64,000 nucleotides of DNA from Paraspadella gotoi. Its lineage: Eukaryota > Animalia > Chaetognatha. The stretch covers positions 2,845,812 to 2,909,811 of the forward strand of contig CM119266.1 in assembly GCA_051294375.1 (NCBI GenBank), given 5' to 3'. The stretch's first letter is position 1. Every line of letters begins with the position of its first letter. A model generated the notes under the pieces. It was not told the origin of the DNA and made no database searches. It saw nothing but the letters and a program-made list of their open reading frames with translations. Below, in pieces: positions 49,301-62,753 of the stretch. The position numbers and the translations under genes are program-made.

Positions 49301-52300
49301 TGGGAAATTCCTCAGTCCAGCGAGGGTAAAGATTGGTTTTACTATGTCGACAAATCCGTCAGCAAGGAACTTCTCAAAGGTGAGTTATTTCTTCGACTCC
49401 TCAGTCCTTACCCACCCTACGATTAAAGAACTAACAAATACTGTATAATAAATAATAAATGTTTCGTACTTCCTTATAGAATGTCCTTCATTCATTAAGC
49501 AGCTTTTAACCTTTCTTAGAGATAAAAAATCCACTCCGAAAGATGAGTTTATCAATTCTCCTATTTACTTTCTTTACATAAACAGAATTGTCGGAAGAAT
49601 TTCTCAACATTTTGCAGAAAACCCCTTTGAGGTTAAAGAAGCGTCTCATGTCGTTTCGGGTAAGTTTCCTTATTCTCTTTTATTCCGTTGTTAATTTAAC
49701 GGATTCTGTAAGAGATGAAATTTTGAGGCCCTTTCTTATTATTCCCCTTGACTCCTTGTCCTCCCCGTCAAACCCTACCTCCCTTACCACCCCCACCATC
49801 CCACCATCCTTGACTCACCCATCCTCCGCCCCGTCAAGTCGGCGCAGGGAGGCAATAACAAGGAGGAAATGGCGCGACGAGCTTCCCTCGAATTCGCTTC
49901 CGCCACCAACAACACCCACTTGGCGCCGACCATCCACCATCGGGGCCTCGACCACCCTGGGGAATCAGCGCCCCAGGCCGGCGCCACTTCGAAAGAGGCG
50001 CCGCCTGTCGCCGGGCCGTCGACGTCGTCATCGTCGCGGCAATCAATGCCGTCGTCATTGTCGTCGCACGACCCGACGGGTAAAGGGGATGCGGCGTGGG
50101 CGAAGAAGGCGACGGCGGTGAGACAACCCGGAAACGGTGAGTTGGTGGAGAACCAGTGGGTAGATGAGAATTGCCGGTGGTGAATCGGTGAACAAGATAA
50201 GCTGTACTTCGTCGATTGTGTTTTGACCCACTTTTCCTTTCCTCCTTCTCCTCCTCCTCCAACATAAGTCTCCCACCCGCAACCTCACCACCCTCATCAC
50301 CATCCCGGGAGTCGGTCTCACGGCGAAAGCACCACTCCCCAACGAAAGCGGCCCAGCGAGGGCGGGAGCTTAAGCCACGGGGGCCGCGGCGGACCCGAGG
50401 GCGGCGAACCATTGCCCAAGAAAATCAAACCCGAAGTGCCTACCAACAGCAGAACGACGGATCCACAACAACTACAGCAGAACCAGCATCTCAATCCGAA
50501 TCCTCACTCACAATCATTCCACGGCGGTGAGTTAGAAAATTTAATTTACCGACCGAATCGCTTGGAATTCAAATTTAAAAATGATAAAATATAACCAGAG
50601 AAAAATAAAAAGAAATTCCCCTCGCAGGAGATCCCTCCTCCAAGAAACTCTCCGCCGACTTCGGGCCTCCTTTGAGCCTATCATCTAAGGCGCCTCACGC
50701 GCCGCACGCGCAGCCCTTCGCCCACGCGTCGAGCGCCGCGACGCATTTGTCCCACGTCGTCGGAGCCGGACATCACCGGCATTCATCTACTCGCTCCGGC
50801 GGCGCGCCCACTGCCGCCGCCGCTAACGGAACCGTCGGTCATCCGCCGCTGCAGCAGCCGCACAGGTCGACCACGACGCCGCAGCAGCAGCTGCAGCAGC
50901 AGCAGAGGACGACGCCGTCGACGGAGGGAGAACGGGCGAAGGGAAAGGGGGCGGGGCTGACGACACCGCCCTGCGTCGTTTCTTTGGGCAGCAAAGTCGA
51001 GGAGACTCTCGTCGATACTGACACCATTCTCTCGCGGTAAGGATTGAGTCAGGGCTCTTCGTCTTACTGCCTCATCCCTAACCTTTACTCCTTAGTCTAT
51101 AACCTTTCATTTAATTCAAAACTTTCTAAAATGAACCCATAACCCCTCAAACTAAGTATTAAGGCGGGCCAGAATTTAACACTTTACAAAAAATTAATAA
51201 TAAATGGGGTAAAATTTGAAAAAAACCTTAAAAAATCATCATCATCATTCATTAAATTTTATAGTTTTTGTTAATTTTCATATATAAATCATTAAAATTT
51301 AAAAAAGTTGTAATAATAACCGTCATCTAAATTTTCAAGCTCTATCAGTTTCCGTTAAAAAAAATTAGAATTTATTAAAAAAAATTTTGATATTATATAG
51401 TAGTTGGATAATATAAAATAACTTGCATGCGTTAAATCTTATTTTTTTTTTAAATTGTTACGATCTTTAATAAACACATTAACAATATTTATACCGGACT
51501 TCTGTTAGTTTGTACCCTGTTCCGCCAATGAATTTTACTTCAATATCTAAAGCCCTTTAGTCTTCACCAATGGCTGAATGTACTAAAATGACTTTCTCCT
51601 GGCAGAGGGACGTTGCAAATGATTCAGTCGCCGGAATTTCATCACAACCAACGAAAAGTCACAAAACACATCAACCCCATAGTCGCTAAGCAACGGACGC
51701 TATCTGGATCGGAAGGAGGTATGCCCTTTCACGAAGCCTTTGCATTATATTGGCCGCGTTGTTCAACAAAGCAATAAAATGTCGAATAAAAAAAAAAACA
51801 ACCAACTGAACCTAAATCTGGGAATTTAATTCAACTAATTCCCTAAACTTAATGAGACATTAATTAACTTGGGACCAATTTTACTCTCCAGGTCCTCCGG
51901 GGGTGAAGCAAGAATTGAAATTTGACGTCGAGACTTTGAGCAACGAAGCCAACGCTTCGATGGATTCCAAGCCGGTCAAGGTCGAGAAGGCCGAGGTTAA
52001 GCCCGAGAGACTCGACGGGGTAAGTCACTGCAAAGAGCCTAAGAGTGAGGCTTATTAGCCCAACCAACTATATTTTCGCAATGTATTTGTTTGTTTATTT
52101 TTAACCCAACCAGATTTACTCCTCGAAACCGACCACCGACTCTCCGACGACATCGAAGCCCGTCGCCCCGCGCCCCGATGCCGCCGCCGCCGCCGCCGCC
52201 ACCGCCGTCTCCCTCGCCCCCGTCAAGCAGGAGAAGCCGCACAAGAGCGAAAAGACTCACAAGAGCGATCGGACCGAGAAGCACCACAAACACCACAAGC

Positions 52301-54168
52301 ACAAAGACAAGGACAAGGACAAGAGTCACAAGCGCGATCGGAGCGACAAGCATCGCGAGAGTCGGGAAGCCTCCGATTCGCCCAAGCTCAAGATCAAGCC
52401 GGTGCTGCCGACGGAGGCCGACCCACCCGACGGATTCGCCACCTCCTCCCCGACGTCCGGCCTCAAACTCAAGGTGCGGTTCGGCGGCGCTCCTTCCGTC
52501 GCCGGGGGCAGCGCGGGATCAACGCCGCCGGCGCCGTCTCTTACCAAATCGGGATTCGTCGGCGCCGCGGCGACGAATCACACGGGACACGCGGCGTCGC
52601 CGCTGAGCGTCAAGAGGGAATCGACGGCGCCGACGGGGAATGGAACGGGTGAGTTTGGGTGCTTAAGAATGGAGCGGGTGAGTTTGGGTTTTTAGGGGGG
52701 CGGGAGAAATGGATTTGTAGTAGGTAGTTAGGGCTTAGGGTGTTAAGGATGAGGGGTGCTTAGGGATTATGGGTGGGGGACTGGGGGTAGGGTTAGGGGT
52801 GCTGAGGCTTAGGGATAGTTTTCAAAATAAAATTTTTAATTTAAAAATTTTCTGCTCTTACTAATGTTTTTTTTTTATTTTGCGTAACGTCATTCATAAG
52901 AAGCGAAAAACAAATCATCGACCGCGACTGTAAAATTAAGCCCCATTTGTTTCATTGTGATTATTTATTAGTAATATTACGCAATGGTAATTTAAAGATT
53001 GACGAAAAACCCGCCAAATTTTTGACTAAATTTGGTATTCACTCTCGAAATAAGCGAAATTTTAGGCGACCAAGCTCGCGTTTTTCTCCTCTGACCGACT
53101 GTTTTTCTTGGTTTCATCTTAGGCGTCGCTAAGCGAGAGTCGTTTGGTTCTCAGCTCAAAGAATGGAGTGACAACGTGAAGAGCGAAGCGAAGCATTTCG
53201 TCGTCGGTTCTGCTCAGGATGTCAAGGTACCTTTTAAATTTAGTTCTTTTTTTTTTTATTACCACAATGAAACGATATCATCTCTCGACTTTCTACCACT
53301 ATCGATTGACGCAGAATGATTACGCTTCATTTCTTTTTTTCGTCAAATGTCCATGAATAATGAATATCACTTATTAATGAATATTATGCCTCGCCACTCT
53401 CTCAATCACGCGTTCCCTCAGTTTTTATTTGACCGATTTTTTACTGGTCAGCCAATTGTTTTAACGGTCTTTTTTCTGACCATCTCGAAATTTATACGGG
53501 TGGGACCATATATCGAGACAAAATTTAAAAAATCTTAAACGTTAATTTTCAGACAAAAATTTTCAGACAGTAAATTTCAAACATTTATATGAGATAGTAA
53601 ATTCTGACATCTTTATTCTCATATGGCTTTCGATTGTTGATTTTATTTCTTCTTGTTCCAGGTGAAGTCGGAGCAGCATCCGCCGCAGAACCCGCCGCAC
53701 AACCCGCCGCAGCACACGGCGCCTTCCAAAAGTCACCACCTCAACTCGCGCCTGTCGAACGGCGGCACCCCGGATGTTCCCCACAGCAACGGTTCCTACA
53801 AGCGGAAGTCCTTTCCCGGCCATGCTCACACCGCCGCTTCCGCTGCAGCCGCCGCTGCCGCTAGTTTCACCGCTTCTTCGATGCAGCAACGCGGTCCCCC
53901 GCCTCCTTATCCCGGCACATCCGCCTCCGTCGCCACCGCTCCTCCTCCTCACGGTCGCGTCTCCCTTCCGGGGTCGTCAACCCTCCCCGCCGTGTCAGCC
54001 GCCGCGGCAGCTGCAGCCGCCGGGGGCCCCCTTTCGTTGACCAATTGGGTCCAGGGACAATTCTCCAACAAGGGCCTCCACCACCAGTTGCCGCACGGCG
54101 GTCACGGTGGCCATCGCGGCGCCCCGCCTCTTCACAATCACACTTCTTACTCTCACCCTCCAGGCTAA
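46383..54168 (+). CDS. CCNT: Cyclin T (P-TEFb regulatory subunit); about 13 exons
   Basis: [40 protein letters not shown]|[16 protein letters not shown]; [20 protein letters not shown]; [15 protein letters not shown]; [48 protein letters not shown]; His/Lys-rich low-complexity tail. Confidence 0.93.
48321..48995. mobile_element. MITE with about 150-bp imperfect TIRs and TA target duplication (Tc1/mariner-type)
   Basis: TA|CAGAAGACTTCATATTATAAAA...TTTTATAATATGAAGCCTTCTG|TA; inner CTATCGAGGCGAATTT pairs with AAATTCGCCTCGATAG. Confidence 0.88.
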
Positions 54169-57124
54169 ACGAGTTATTTTATTTCCATTTCATTTTTTTT
54201 AAATTTCGGCCGATTTATTGCTTCCCTAGTTTTCCCCCCTCTGCTCTTTCTCTCCTTCAGAATTATCGAAGTTAGAATTAGGTGTTCACCTCGTTCTCTG
54301 GAGCGAAGGGAAGGGGAACCAGAAAAAGCTGCTTCTCAAATTTGAGTTAATTTCGCTGATAGAGAGAGAGACAGATCATGCGCGCGCGAGAGAGAGAGAG
54401 AGGGATAAAGAAAAAAGTGTGGCCTTCGTTGTCCAGGTCGCCTCGCCCATCTCCCTTTTTCTCCTTCCCTCCTTTCCCGTTTTCCTAGTAGTTTTTTTGT
54501 GATTGGCCCCGATTTAACACCTTGCTACTAAGTTTATATTAAATAATCGTCGCGAGTGATGGTTTGTATGATGGTGATGATTAGCTATGATCTGTATGGA
54601 TGATATCGCTGTTGTTGTATTTTGACGGTTTGCGTGTTTATTTGTCGTCTAGGTTCATATTACTATAGTCAAATCTCTTCTCAGCATCCATGTGATTTTT
54701 TTTTTCGATTACTTTGTTATTATAATTATTAAAAAAAAAAAAAAAAACTTTGATTACTTTTAATTTTTAACAAAAAAAAATCGAGTCGATGATCGAATAC
54801 GAAAATTTGCGATTTAAATTCGAAATGAAGAAAAAAAATTTACGTTTGTCATGATCGACGTCATTATCGAGGACATGTACATTGTTAGGATCTAATTTCT
54901 TTAAATTTTCTCCTATTTATCCAACTCAGTGACCAGTTGACCACCTCTGCTTTGGTGTATTTCACAAGAAAAGCAAACGAACGGTTCTGTTTAGTTTTTT
55001 TTTCGGTCGCGCGGTTATATTTCACTTTGTCTGTCCTTTGATCGGCCCCATTGTTAGTTAAAAGTTAAAATAAGTTAAAACAATTAATAAGAATATTTAT
55101 GAGTTAACTCTTAATGGAATTAGAACTGTTTTATATTCCATAAATGCATAAAAAAACAGCTTCCATTGTTTCGAAGAATATGTAGGTGATTGATAATTAG
55201 AAATTAAAATTGTCTTTAGTTTGTTATAAACGATTATTTATCGTGCTGATCAAAATAGAAGAATGCAATTTGCAAACTAAAAAGATATATCAAATTTGCT
55301 ATTTGTTAATTTATTTAGGTTTATAGATTTAGCTATTTTTTAAAAAATGATAACTTATTGAATGGGCAAATTTAATTCAATTTTTTTTAAAGGAAATAAC
55401 GAACCAATGAATGAGTGCTGCATCCGCGATATTGTTTCATTAAGCGCGTTTTGTAGTCGTTTTTTCATCGTGATAGATTTTTGGGTCAACCCGATATCCC
55501 GAACAGTGCAGTTCGATGTCTGCTTACATCTTAGTATTTCTTTCTTACCAGATTCGGGTTTGTTCTAAGTTTCGCAGATATTTCCCCCTTATCCACTGTT
55601 TTCCCGCCATCGTGCAACTAGTGTCCGTTTTCAACCGTTTCTATCTAGAACCTTCTCCCCTTTTTCTATGAATCGAAATCAGTGGAATTTAAAATGATTC
55701 ACGATATCATTGGGATTAAAAATACTCTGCCGCATAACCTTATTCGCCTTATAACTTGAATTTAGTAGATAAATTGCGTTTGGAGTAATGGAACTCATGT
55801 CGATAGCAGTTAAATTTCTCTTCTATATTCCCCATCCCCCGCCCCCTTCTTTCAAATTGATTCAAGATCTGGTAATTTAACTTCTCCCTATCGCACCAAT
55901 ACAAGATATGAATGTATACAATTGCCATGTCGAAATATGAACAACTTTATGAATTGAAATACAAAAAAAATGAATACAACTCCTGCCTTTTTTTTAAGCT
56001 ACGAAGACATATGTGATGCTAGATAATATTCGCTACGTTTGGTAACTTTATATTAGCAATTTGTCACGTTTATCTCTTGTCAGATTAAGATTTGTTAAAG
56101 CAATAATAATAAAACCCTTAAAAAATGGTTATTTGCTATATGACACGGTGCAAGTCAACGTGGCGAAGCTTACCCATGCAAATTTTTATCATATTTTTTA
56201 AATCTGTAAGCCAAACTGTAAGCCAAAGATTTATAATAATAATACCATACGTATTTGGTTCTACCAGACTTCTTTTACTTTTACCATAACCCTCGCTTAT
56301 TTACAAAAAAGGAAAATTAGTAAAAAGGTAATAAGAAATAGATTTATAATAACGAAAATCTTTGATAAAATTTTGTATTCTTTGATTTGTCAGTTAAACC
56401 ATATAGTTAAAAAATATTTTAAATGATTATAATTATATACCAAATGATAGCTGAGACAGATCTTACTCTGTTTCTTTAGTTTATAATTTTAAATTAAAGA
56501 TTCAGTTTTGATAAATCAATTTAAAAATTAAAATGATAAATTTTAAAATTTTTTTTAGATTTAAATTTTTTTTATTGTTCCTTTTTAGTTGAGGCAAAGA
56601 ATAAGGAAGATATTTTGAGTTAAGTCATATTATTTCAATAATGTATGGGGTTTATGGTTTATGGTTAGGGTAATTAGGTAATATTTTTTAAAATTTTTTT
56701 TTAAAAAATAAGTTTTTTTCAAGTGGTTTTTTTAAAAAACGTTAAAACCGCGGTTGGCGAAAATAAAATTTAGCTTGTTTGGCTTATTTTATTTTATTTT
56801 ACCCGTAACCCTAACCACCCTTAATCCTTAACTAACCTTAACCCAATTGTTAACCGTTTAAAAAATATAACATAAAAATATTATTTTTCCTTTCCTTGTT
56901 TGTTAATGTACAACGAATTTTATTAAGAAACAAATTTAGAACATATTTCCACTTCAATGTAAATCTTTATCAGCGTAAAAACGAATTTATTTATGAAACA
57001 TATTTTTACAGACGAAATTTGTTTCTTTATAAAACTCGTACGTAAACAATTCATTTTCTACCTCAAACATAAAAATAGCAATTAAAATAAATTTAAAACA
57101 ATTATTATTTATTATAAAATTTAT

Positions 57125-57250
57125 CTGGGAGTAAATAAACAAGACTGTGAGAGAGTCTTGATTGAAAGCTTGCAGGGACCTGCTATGTCATTATCTTGTA
57201 AGAGTGATGGAGGCCTTAAACCACCAAAGCCTGTCGAAACTCGACGCTAG
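57125..57250 (+). repeat. Dispersed repeat also seen at about 1403-1460 and about 19612-19670
   Basis: TTGTAAGAG(T/G)GATGGAGGCCTT..ACCACCAA shared with 1426-1458; TGGGAGT..TAAAC.AGAC..ATTGAAAGCTTG.CAGGG.CCT shared with 19615-19666. Confidence 0.6.
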
Positions 57251-57328
57251 AGGGAAAACAAAAATAATGGATTAACTAAGCACCGACCGGTGGTAGCTAA
57301 AGTTGGTTGCGGATGTCGAATAGTAAAA

Positions 57329-57488
57329 TTACCCGATATTTTTAGTTGCGCCGTGAGTACTCGCGGAGCAACTATGTCACTTTTTGGTCCGTCGGTTCGC
57401 CGGTCTGTCCATTGGTTTGTCCCACTTATTTTGTTGCTTATTTGTTAAAAAGCAAATCTAAGCGACTACTGGCGCCGCTTTTTGTTTT
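57329..57488 (+). mobile_element. Short Helentron-type (HINE-like) element
   Basis: TTTTTAGTTGC..GCAACTA head hairpin, GGTCCGTCGGT-type microsatellite, subterminal GCGACTA, TTGTT end. Confidence 0.5.
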
Positions 57489-59509
57489 TAAAGAAATCTT
57501 ATAAATTATAAGGAATAAATGACATGATAAGTAAAACTAAAAAGAAAAGTAATGCGGCGAAACACCTTAGAATAACCGTTCTTTGTTTGTATATATGAAG
57601 AAAATTATGTTTTATATAACCTATTCAGAGATAACGATTTCAATTACCGATTTTTTTTATGGCTACATAGTACGCAATGCTAACTTTCATCGTGTCATAT
57701 CGTGACATATGCCATTCGAAATGTGAACCTTTTGTTTTACTTTATTTCTGAAGGAAACGTCAAACTTCATGGCGCTGACGGCCGGGCGGAACGATGTACA
57801 TTTGTTGGCAGCGCGATAGCTTTACAACGCTTGTAAAAAAAACGACGGTTCTTATTACGAAGAGGACAAATTTAATATCTTATCCAGTTGGCGAACGTCT
57901 TTAATTAATGATGGTGAATCAATAACTCATGCTTCCAAGTTAAATGGGATTTTGGTTGGAATTCAACTCGTTCAACGATGGCCGAGGCCAAGGTTGGGAC
58001 TGATAATTTAAGGAGTGGCGTAAAACGTTAAAAGAATTGGCATTCCTGGAGTTTAATACGTTCTGGAGGCTTATGGGAAAATGAAGAGCAAGGTTTTTCT
58101 TAATTAATTAACAGAAAAATAAGAACGGAAAGAGAACTGAAGAGGATAATTTGTCAGAACAAAAATTTTAAAAATTCAGATAGTATTATAATTTAATATT
58201 TGTTATTATATTAATATTAAAGTAATGATTACGTTATAGTTAAAAGTAAGTTAAGGTTTTAATAAATCAAGGTTAAGAATAAATTAAGATTAAATGTAAG
58301 TTAAGAAGAAGGGTAAGTTAAGATTAGAGTTAGGGATCGGGATCGCCAAAGAATTAGAAAGTTGTTTCGTATTATGTTTAGCGATAAAATATATTGGTTT
58401 TGTTTTACTTTAAACCTCTCCAGTAGCCTATACTATGGGAGAAGATTAGTTTTTGGTAAAATTTTATTTTTGCTAATAACTGATTAAAAAAAAAAATTCA
58501 AATGTGTTGCGACAAATTGATCACGTATATTTCTCGTGACATGACATGACTAAAATAAGTTATTAACTTTCTTAGCCCTTGTATTTATGACATTGTACAG
58601 TAGGCCGGAACAGGTTGAAAACTAGAAAGTTCTCTCAAATAAATAATGATAAAGTGACTGTTAGAGAATATGAAAATAAAAATAATTTTAAAAAATTATC
58701 TTATTAATAAGCGCACGGAAGCATTTAAAGATTATTTTATTACTATATATAGTTAAAAAATTTTTTGGAATTTTTCAATTTTTTTTAATGGATTCTGATA
58801 GAGCATTAAAAGTTAGATAAAGGTTATTAATACAAATTTTTAAATTTTTTTTGTTTTATTGATAAAAATTTTAAAAAACTATAAAATTTAGCCAATGATA
58901 ATGATGATGATGATTTTTTAACGTTTTTTCTGTTTTTAACCAATTTCTTGTCAAAATTTTCAAAAATTGTAGTACTAACTTTCATTTAACTTTTCAAGCT
59001 CTATAGGAATCCGTTCTTAAAAACTAATTTTTTTTAAAAAAAATTTTTGTCATTTGTTATATATTAATAAATATTTAAAAGCTTCAGTGCAACAATCCAA
59101 TGAACTAATTCAAAAAGTTGCATTGAAAATCGATTTAGTAATAGAAGGAAAAAGGAATTTTTTTGAGAGAATTAAAAGTTATAAAAAGTGTTCAATTTTG
59201 GCCCGCCTTATTGTACAGTCCTGTGCTTAATAAAGAGGACACCCAAAAACATAAAAATAAATCAAGCTTCCTTTAAAATAAAAGATATTATATTATATTT
59301 ATGGAAAAAGGAACTATTGGTTTAAATTTAGTTAATATATGGCTATCCGTTAATAAGCAGTAATTTTTTAAAAATAATTACTCAGTTATAACTATTAAGT
59401 ACTCAAACAGAATGTCAGAGCAAAAAAAATAATTAAAGTATTTTTTATCTTTTGTGTTTAAGGTGCTCTGGAATAACTGGACCAATTTTTTTTTAAGTTA
59501 AACATGGAT

Positions 59510-60160
59510 TTTTTAGTCGGATTTGCTTACAGCAGATCCCGACTCTATAAGTCACTTTGTCGGTCCGTCGGTCCGCCCCCTTAATCTTGTCGGGCATTCA
59601 CTGATATCATGTCAAAACATCGAATTTTGATAAATTATGCCAAAAAAATTATGTCTGTTTGTCCTTCCGTCACTCCGTCCGTCCATCCGTCTGTCCCCCA
59701 GTAGCAAAAAAACTCCAATTACTCTTGATTGGAAGGATGGATCGGAATGAAATTTTGTGTGTCGGTAGGGAAGTATGTGATTGAGCTGGATATGAAATTT
59801 CGATGGAATCGTGCGAATGGAAATGAGTTTAAATGGAAAAAAACAAAAATCCTGTTTCACTAATTGATTATGCTTCTTTTTATATTTCAATTAATCAATT
59901 TATCTATTAATTAATTATTCAATCAATCAATTTTTTATCAATTAATTAATTATTTAATCAATCAATCAAGTCAATCGTTATCGGCATTATTGTCGTCGTC
60001 GCCATCATCGTCGTCGTTGCTTTTGTCGTTGTCAGTGACGAAAAGACCTAAAAAACAAACATTTCGGATCAAATTAATAAATGAATTAATTGCCTAATTG
60101 ATTAATTAATTACCGCTAATGATCATGGGAAGATCCGTCATTGTTTGCTCAAACTTGTTT
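59510..60160 (+). mobile_element. Helentron-type (HINE/DINE-like) element, third copy
   Basis: TTTTTAGTCGGATTTGCTTACAGCAGATCCCGACT head, same body as the 9837 copy, (GTCC)n, tail AGATCCG..CTTGTTT. Confidence 0.7.
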
Positions 60161-60629
60161 AATTTCGTACATAAAAAATAATTTTTTAAATAAATCAATA
60201 AAAATATATTAATCAATTGATCATCCATTCAAGCATGAATTTAATTCAATCGGGGGAAGAACGGATTGACAGACGGACGGATTTTGTATGGATTATGGAT
60301 AAGTTGAGACAAATCGGGGTAAATTTAAGACTCAGGAGAGGTATACGGTTAAGTATAAAAATTTGAAGTTAGGAATAAGTTCAAGGTGAGTGATAAGTTT
60401 TTTTAAAATTAAAATAGATATTAATCTAAATTTAGGGTATAAAGTAATCTTAAAATATTACTGATCATTGAAAGTTATCAGTAAAAATTATTAAATAAAA
60501 TTAATTAAAATATTATCTAAATTATTTAAAACTGAATATTATATTTATTAGATTTAGAAGGATTTTAAAAAAAATATTTCGACCATTTCGTTTTTAAAAT
60601 CCAAATTAATTTTTTCCGTAAATAAACGA

Positions 60630-60788
60630 ACCGGTGGCACCAGATCCCCACGCTTTGCCAACGCATCAGGAAGTCATTAGGACTGAGAATAGAAGGCACG
60701 GTTGGGATGGTGCATTCCCCGCTTAGCCAATGAGATTGGCTGAATGAGGGTTGAGGTAAGGCAGTCACACTACCGATATACCACCACA
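60630..60788 (-). mobile_element. Truncated copy of the 28233-28468 LTR-like family
   Basis: Reverse complement TGTGGTGGTATAT..TCAGCCAATCTCATTGGCT..CACCATCC..CAGTCCTAATGACTTCC..GCGTTGGCAAAGC matches 28233-28346. Confidence 0.7.
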
Positions 60789-60830
60789 ACTCATATTATT
60801 TCAAACGACTAAAAGGTATATGTATTTCAG

Positions 60831-61297
60831 CTCATAGCCCAGCGTCAGGACATCGAGGAGATGGCGGAACACGTCCAAGCCATCAACGAGCTCTTCAACA
60901 GCATGTCTCCCTATTTCGAGGAGCAAGATCGACTCACTAATCTCGTTGAGAGCGAAGTCAATGGTCAGCAGTCGTAAATGCTGTGCAGATGTAATACACA
61001 TTTTATGATTTATCACAATAACTGGACAAGTTTTTCTATGAGAATATTCGTTCAGCGACAATAATTCGTTACACTGTTAGATTTGTTTGTTTAAAATACG
61101 TATAATTATTTCCAGTGGCGCATCAACGCTCGATCAACATTCGTCAAGCCATCAGACAAGCGTTGAGTTACAAGACTTCTGCACAGCGGAAGCAATGCAT
61201 CAAACATATGCTGTTGTACGGAGTTGCGATTCTTATCCTTATGGTCATCATCTCTGAAATTTTCGTTCATCAGGGCCAAAGTGAAGTTAGCGAATGA
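60831..61297 (+). CDS. Divergent syntaxin-like (Qa-SNARE motif plus C-terminal TM) gene segment; exons 60831-60963 and 61116-61297; 5' exons not found
   Basis: QRQDIEEMAEHVQAINELFNSMSPYFEEQDRLTNLVESEVN|VAHQRSINIRQAIRQALSYKTSAQRKQCIKHMLLYGVAILILMVIISEIF; heptad pattern with a zero-layer Q, basic linker and TM helix; phase-1 GT-AG intron. Confidence 0.6.
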
Positions 61298-61973
61298 ACG
61301 GATCCAAATTGTTCAAATATACATTTCAATGAGTAAACTTAATTTTGGGATATTTTTTTATTTTTCTTTTCTTTTTCTTTTCTTTTTATGAGATACATAA
61401 CAACGCCGTCAAATGGCACCGCACTTCGATAGATCGTCATAATCGTAAAAATTGTCGAACAGAATTGATACAAGAAGAAAGCATCTTTCATTGAAAGATA
61501 AAAAAGAAAAAGAAAATAATAATAATGATTTACGAAATTAGTATATCCTTGCTCGTTTCTCCTCGATAAAATTTAAACCTAAACGGATAAAGAGGTCGCC
61601 GAAAAAGGTATGGTACTTTTGACGAGCGGGGTTTGTCCTACGCTTCCATTAAAACAAATTATCTAACGGGATAAATAAGATTTAACAATTGTTTGGATTA
61701 AGATTAACCGTCAAGATTAGTGAGATTTAAACATCAAAATGATTTTTCAAATTGATGTCGCAGTTTATCGTGCCAGTCACTGGTCAGATTTTGATTTTGT
61801 CTCGTCTATTAAGTTACGTATTTAATTACCAATTAATATTTTTTAAATAAGTAAAAGCGCCGTTGCGTAAAGTTGTTGCTATATTGCTATAGTTATTTAA
61901 ATATATATTTTTTGTTCATTGCAAATCTCGATCGAAGCGCAAGCCTTATCGTTTATGCTTGTTTCATCCTCTG

Positions 61974-62157
61974 TGACGCATCAGCGCGCGTTGAACATTC
62001 AAAGCCTCATCCGCCAAGCACTCAATTACAAGAACCCGGCCCAGAGAAAGCAATGCCTCAATGGCTCAAGCACGCCCTTCTATACGGAGTTGCGGCCTTA
62101 TTCTTCATCGCAATGCTCTCGAATGTCATGCATCAGGGAAAGGACGAAGCGGAGTGA
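61974..62157 (+). pseudogene. Decayed duplicate of the syntaxin-like terminal exon
   Basis: THQRALNIQSLIRQALNYKNPAQRKQCL / KHALLYGVAALFFIAMLSNVMHQGKDEAE* parallels 61116-61297; 8-nt frameshifting duplication; acceptor reads TG instead of AG. Confidence 0.75.
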
Positions 62158-62325
62158 AACAAGCAAAGCAAGCAAGGATACCAGCCAAGCGAAGAGCGAG
62201 TTGACAGAATGAATACGAAAAAAAAAGATGAAGAGGGGAATATTTGTGATAAAATAAATGTTAATTGAGATGAGATAAAGATAATCTTAAAATTGAAGAC
62301 GCGCTTGATAACAATCGTACGACAT

Positions 62326-62397
62326 GGCGCAGTGGCCAAGCGGTAAGGCGTCGGTCTCGTAAACCGAAGATCACGGGTTCGAACCCCGTCTGTGCCT
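62326..62397 (+). tRNA. tRNA-Thr(CGT)
   Basis: GGCGCAG..TGTGCC acceptor stem, TGGCCAAGCGG A box, anticodon arm TCGGT-CTCGTAA-ACCGA, GGTTCGAACCC B box, oligo-T terminator at about 62404-62413. Confidence 0.97.
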
Positions 62398-62753
62398 CAT
62401 TTCTTTTTTTTTTAAATCATCAAAATTACAAAATGTCGTTCAAATCAAAACCTATCAGTATCAGTATCAGTATCACTTGACCTTGGGGGAAAAAAAAAAA
62501 GTTTTAGTTTAGGAAATACAGGAAGGTCCAGCTCATTTGAGACTAACTTCAAGTTCTTACAGCACAGAAACGGTTAACGATAAAAGAAAAACGGGATCAT
62601 ATTTAGAAACTCGGCTAATTTCTCGGGTTTAAATTTGAAACTAGAAAAACGAGTTGAAAAATTACAGGATTTTAATTTTTATTCTCGTCGAATTCATTTG
62701 GGATTTTTCATCTCGAAAGGAAATTTAATTTTACCCTTTTAAACTTAAAGAAA

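Noticed and set aside
17056-54168. Functional cluster of transcription regulators (EMSY, KANSL1, cyclin T)
   Set aside because: Adjacency alone is not evidence of co-regulation; synteny data are needed.
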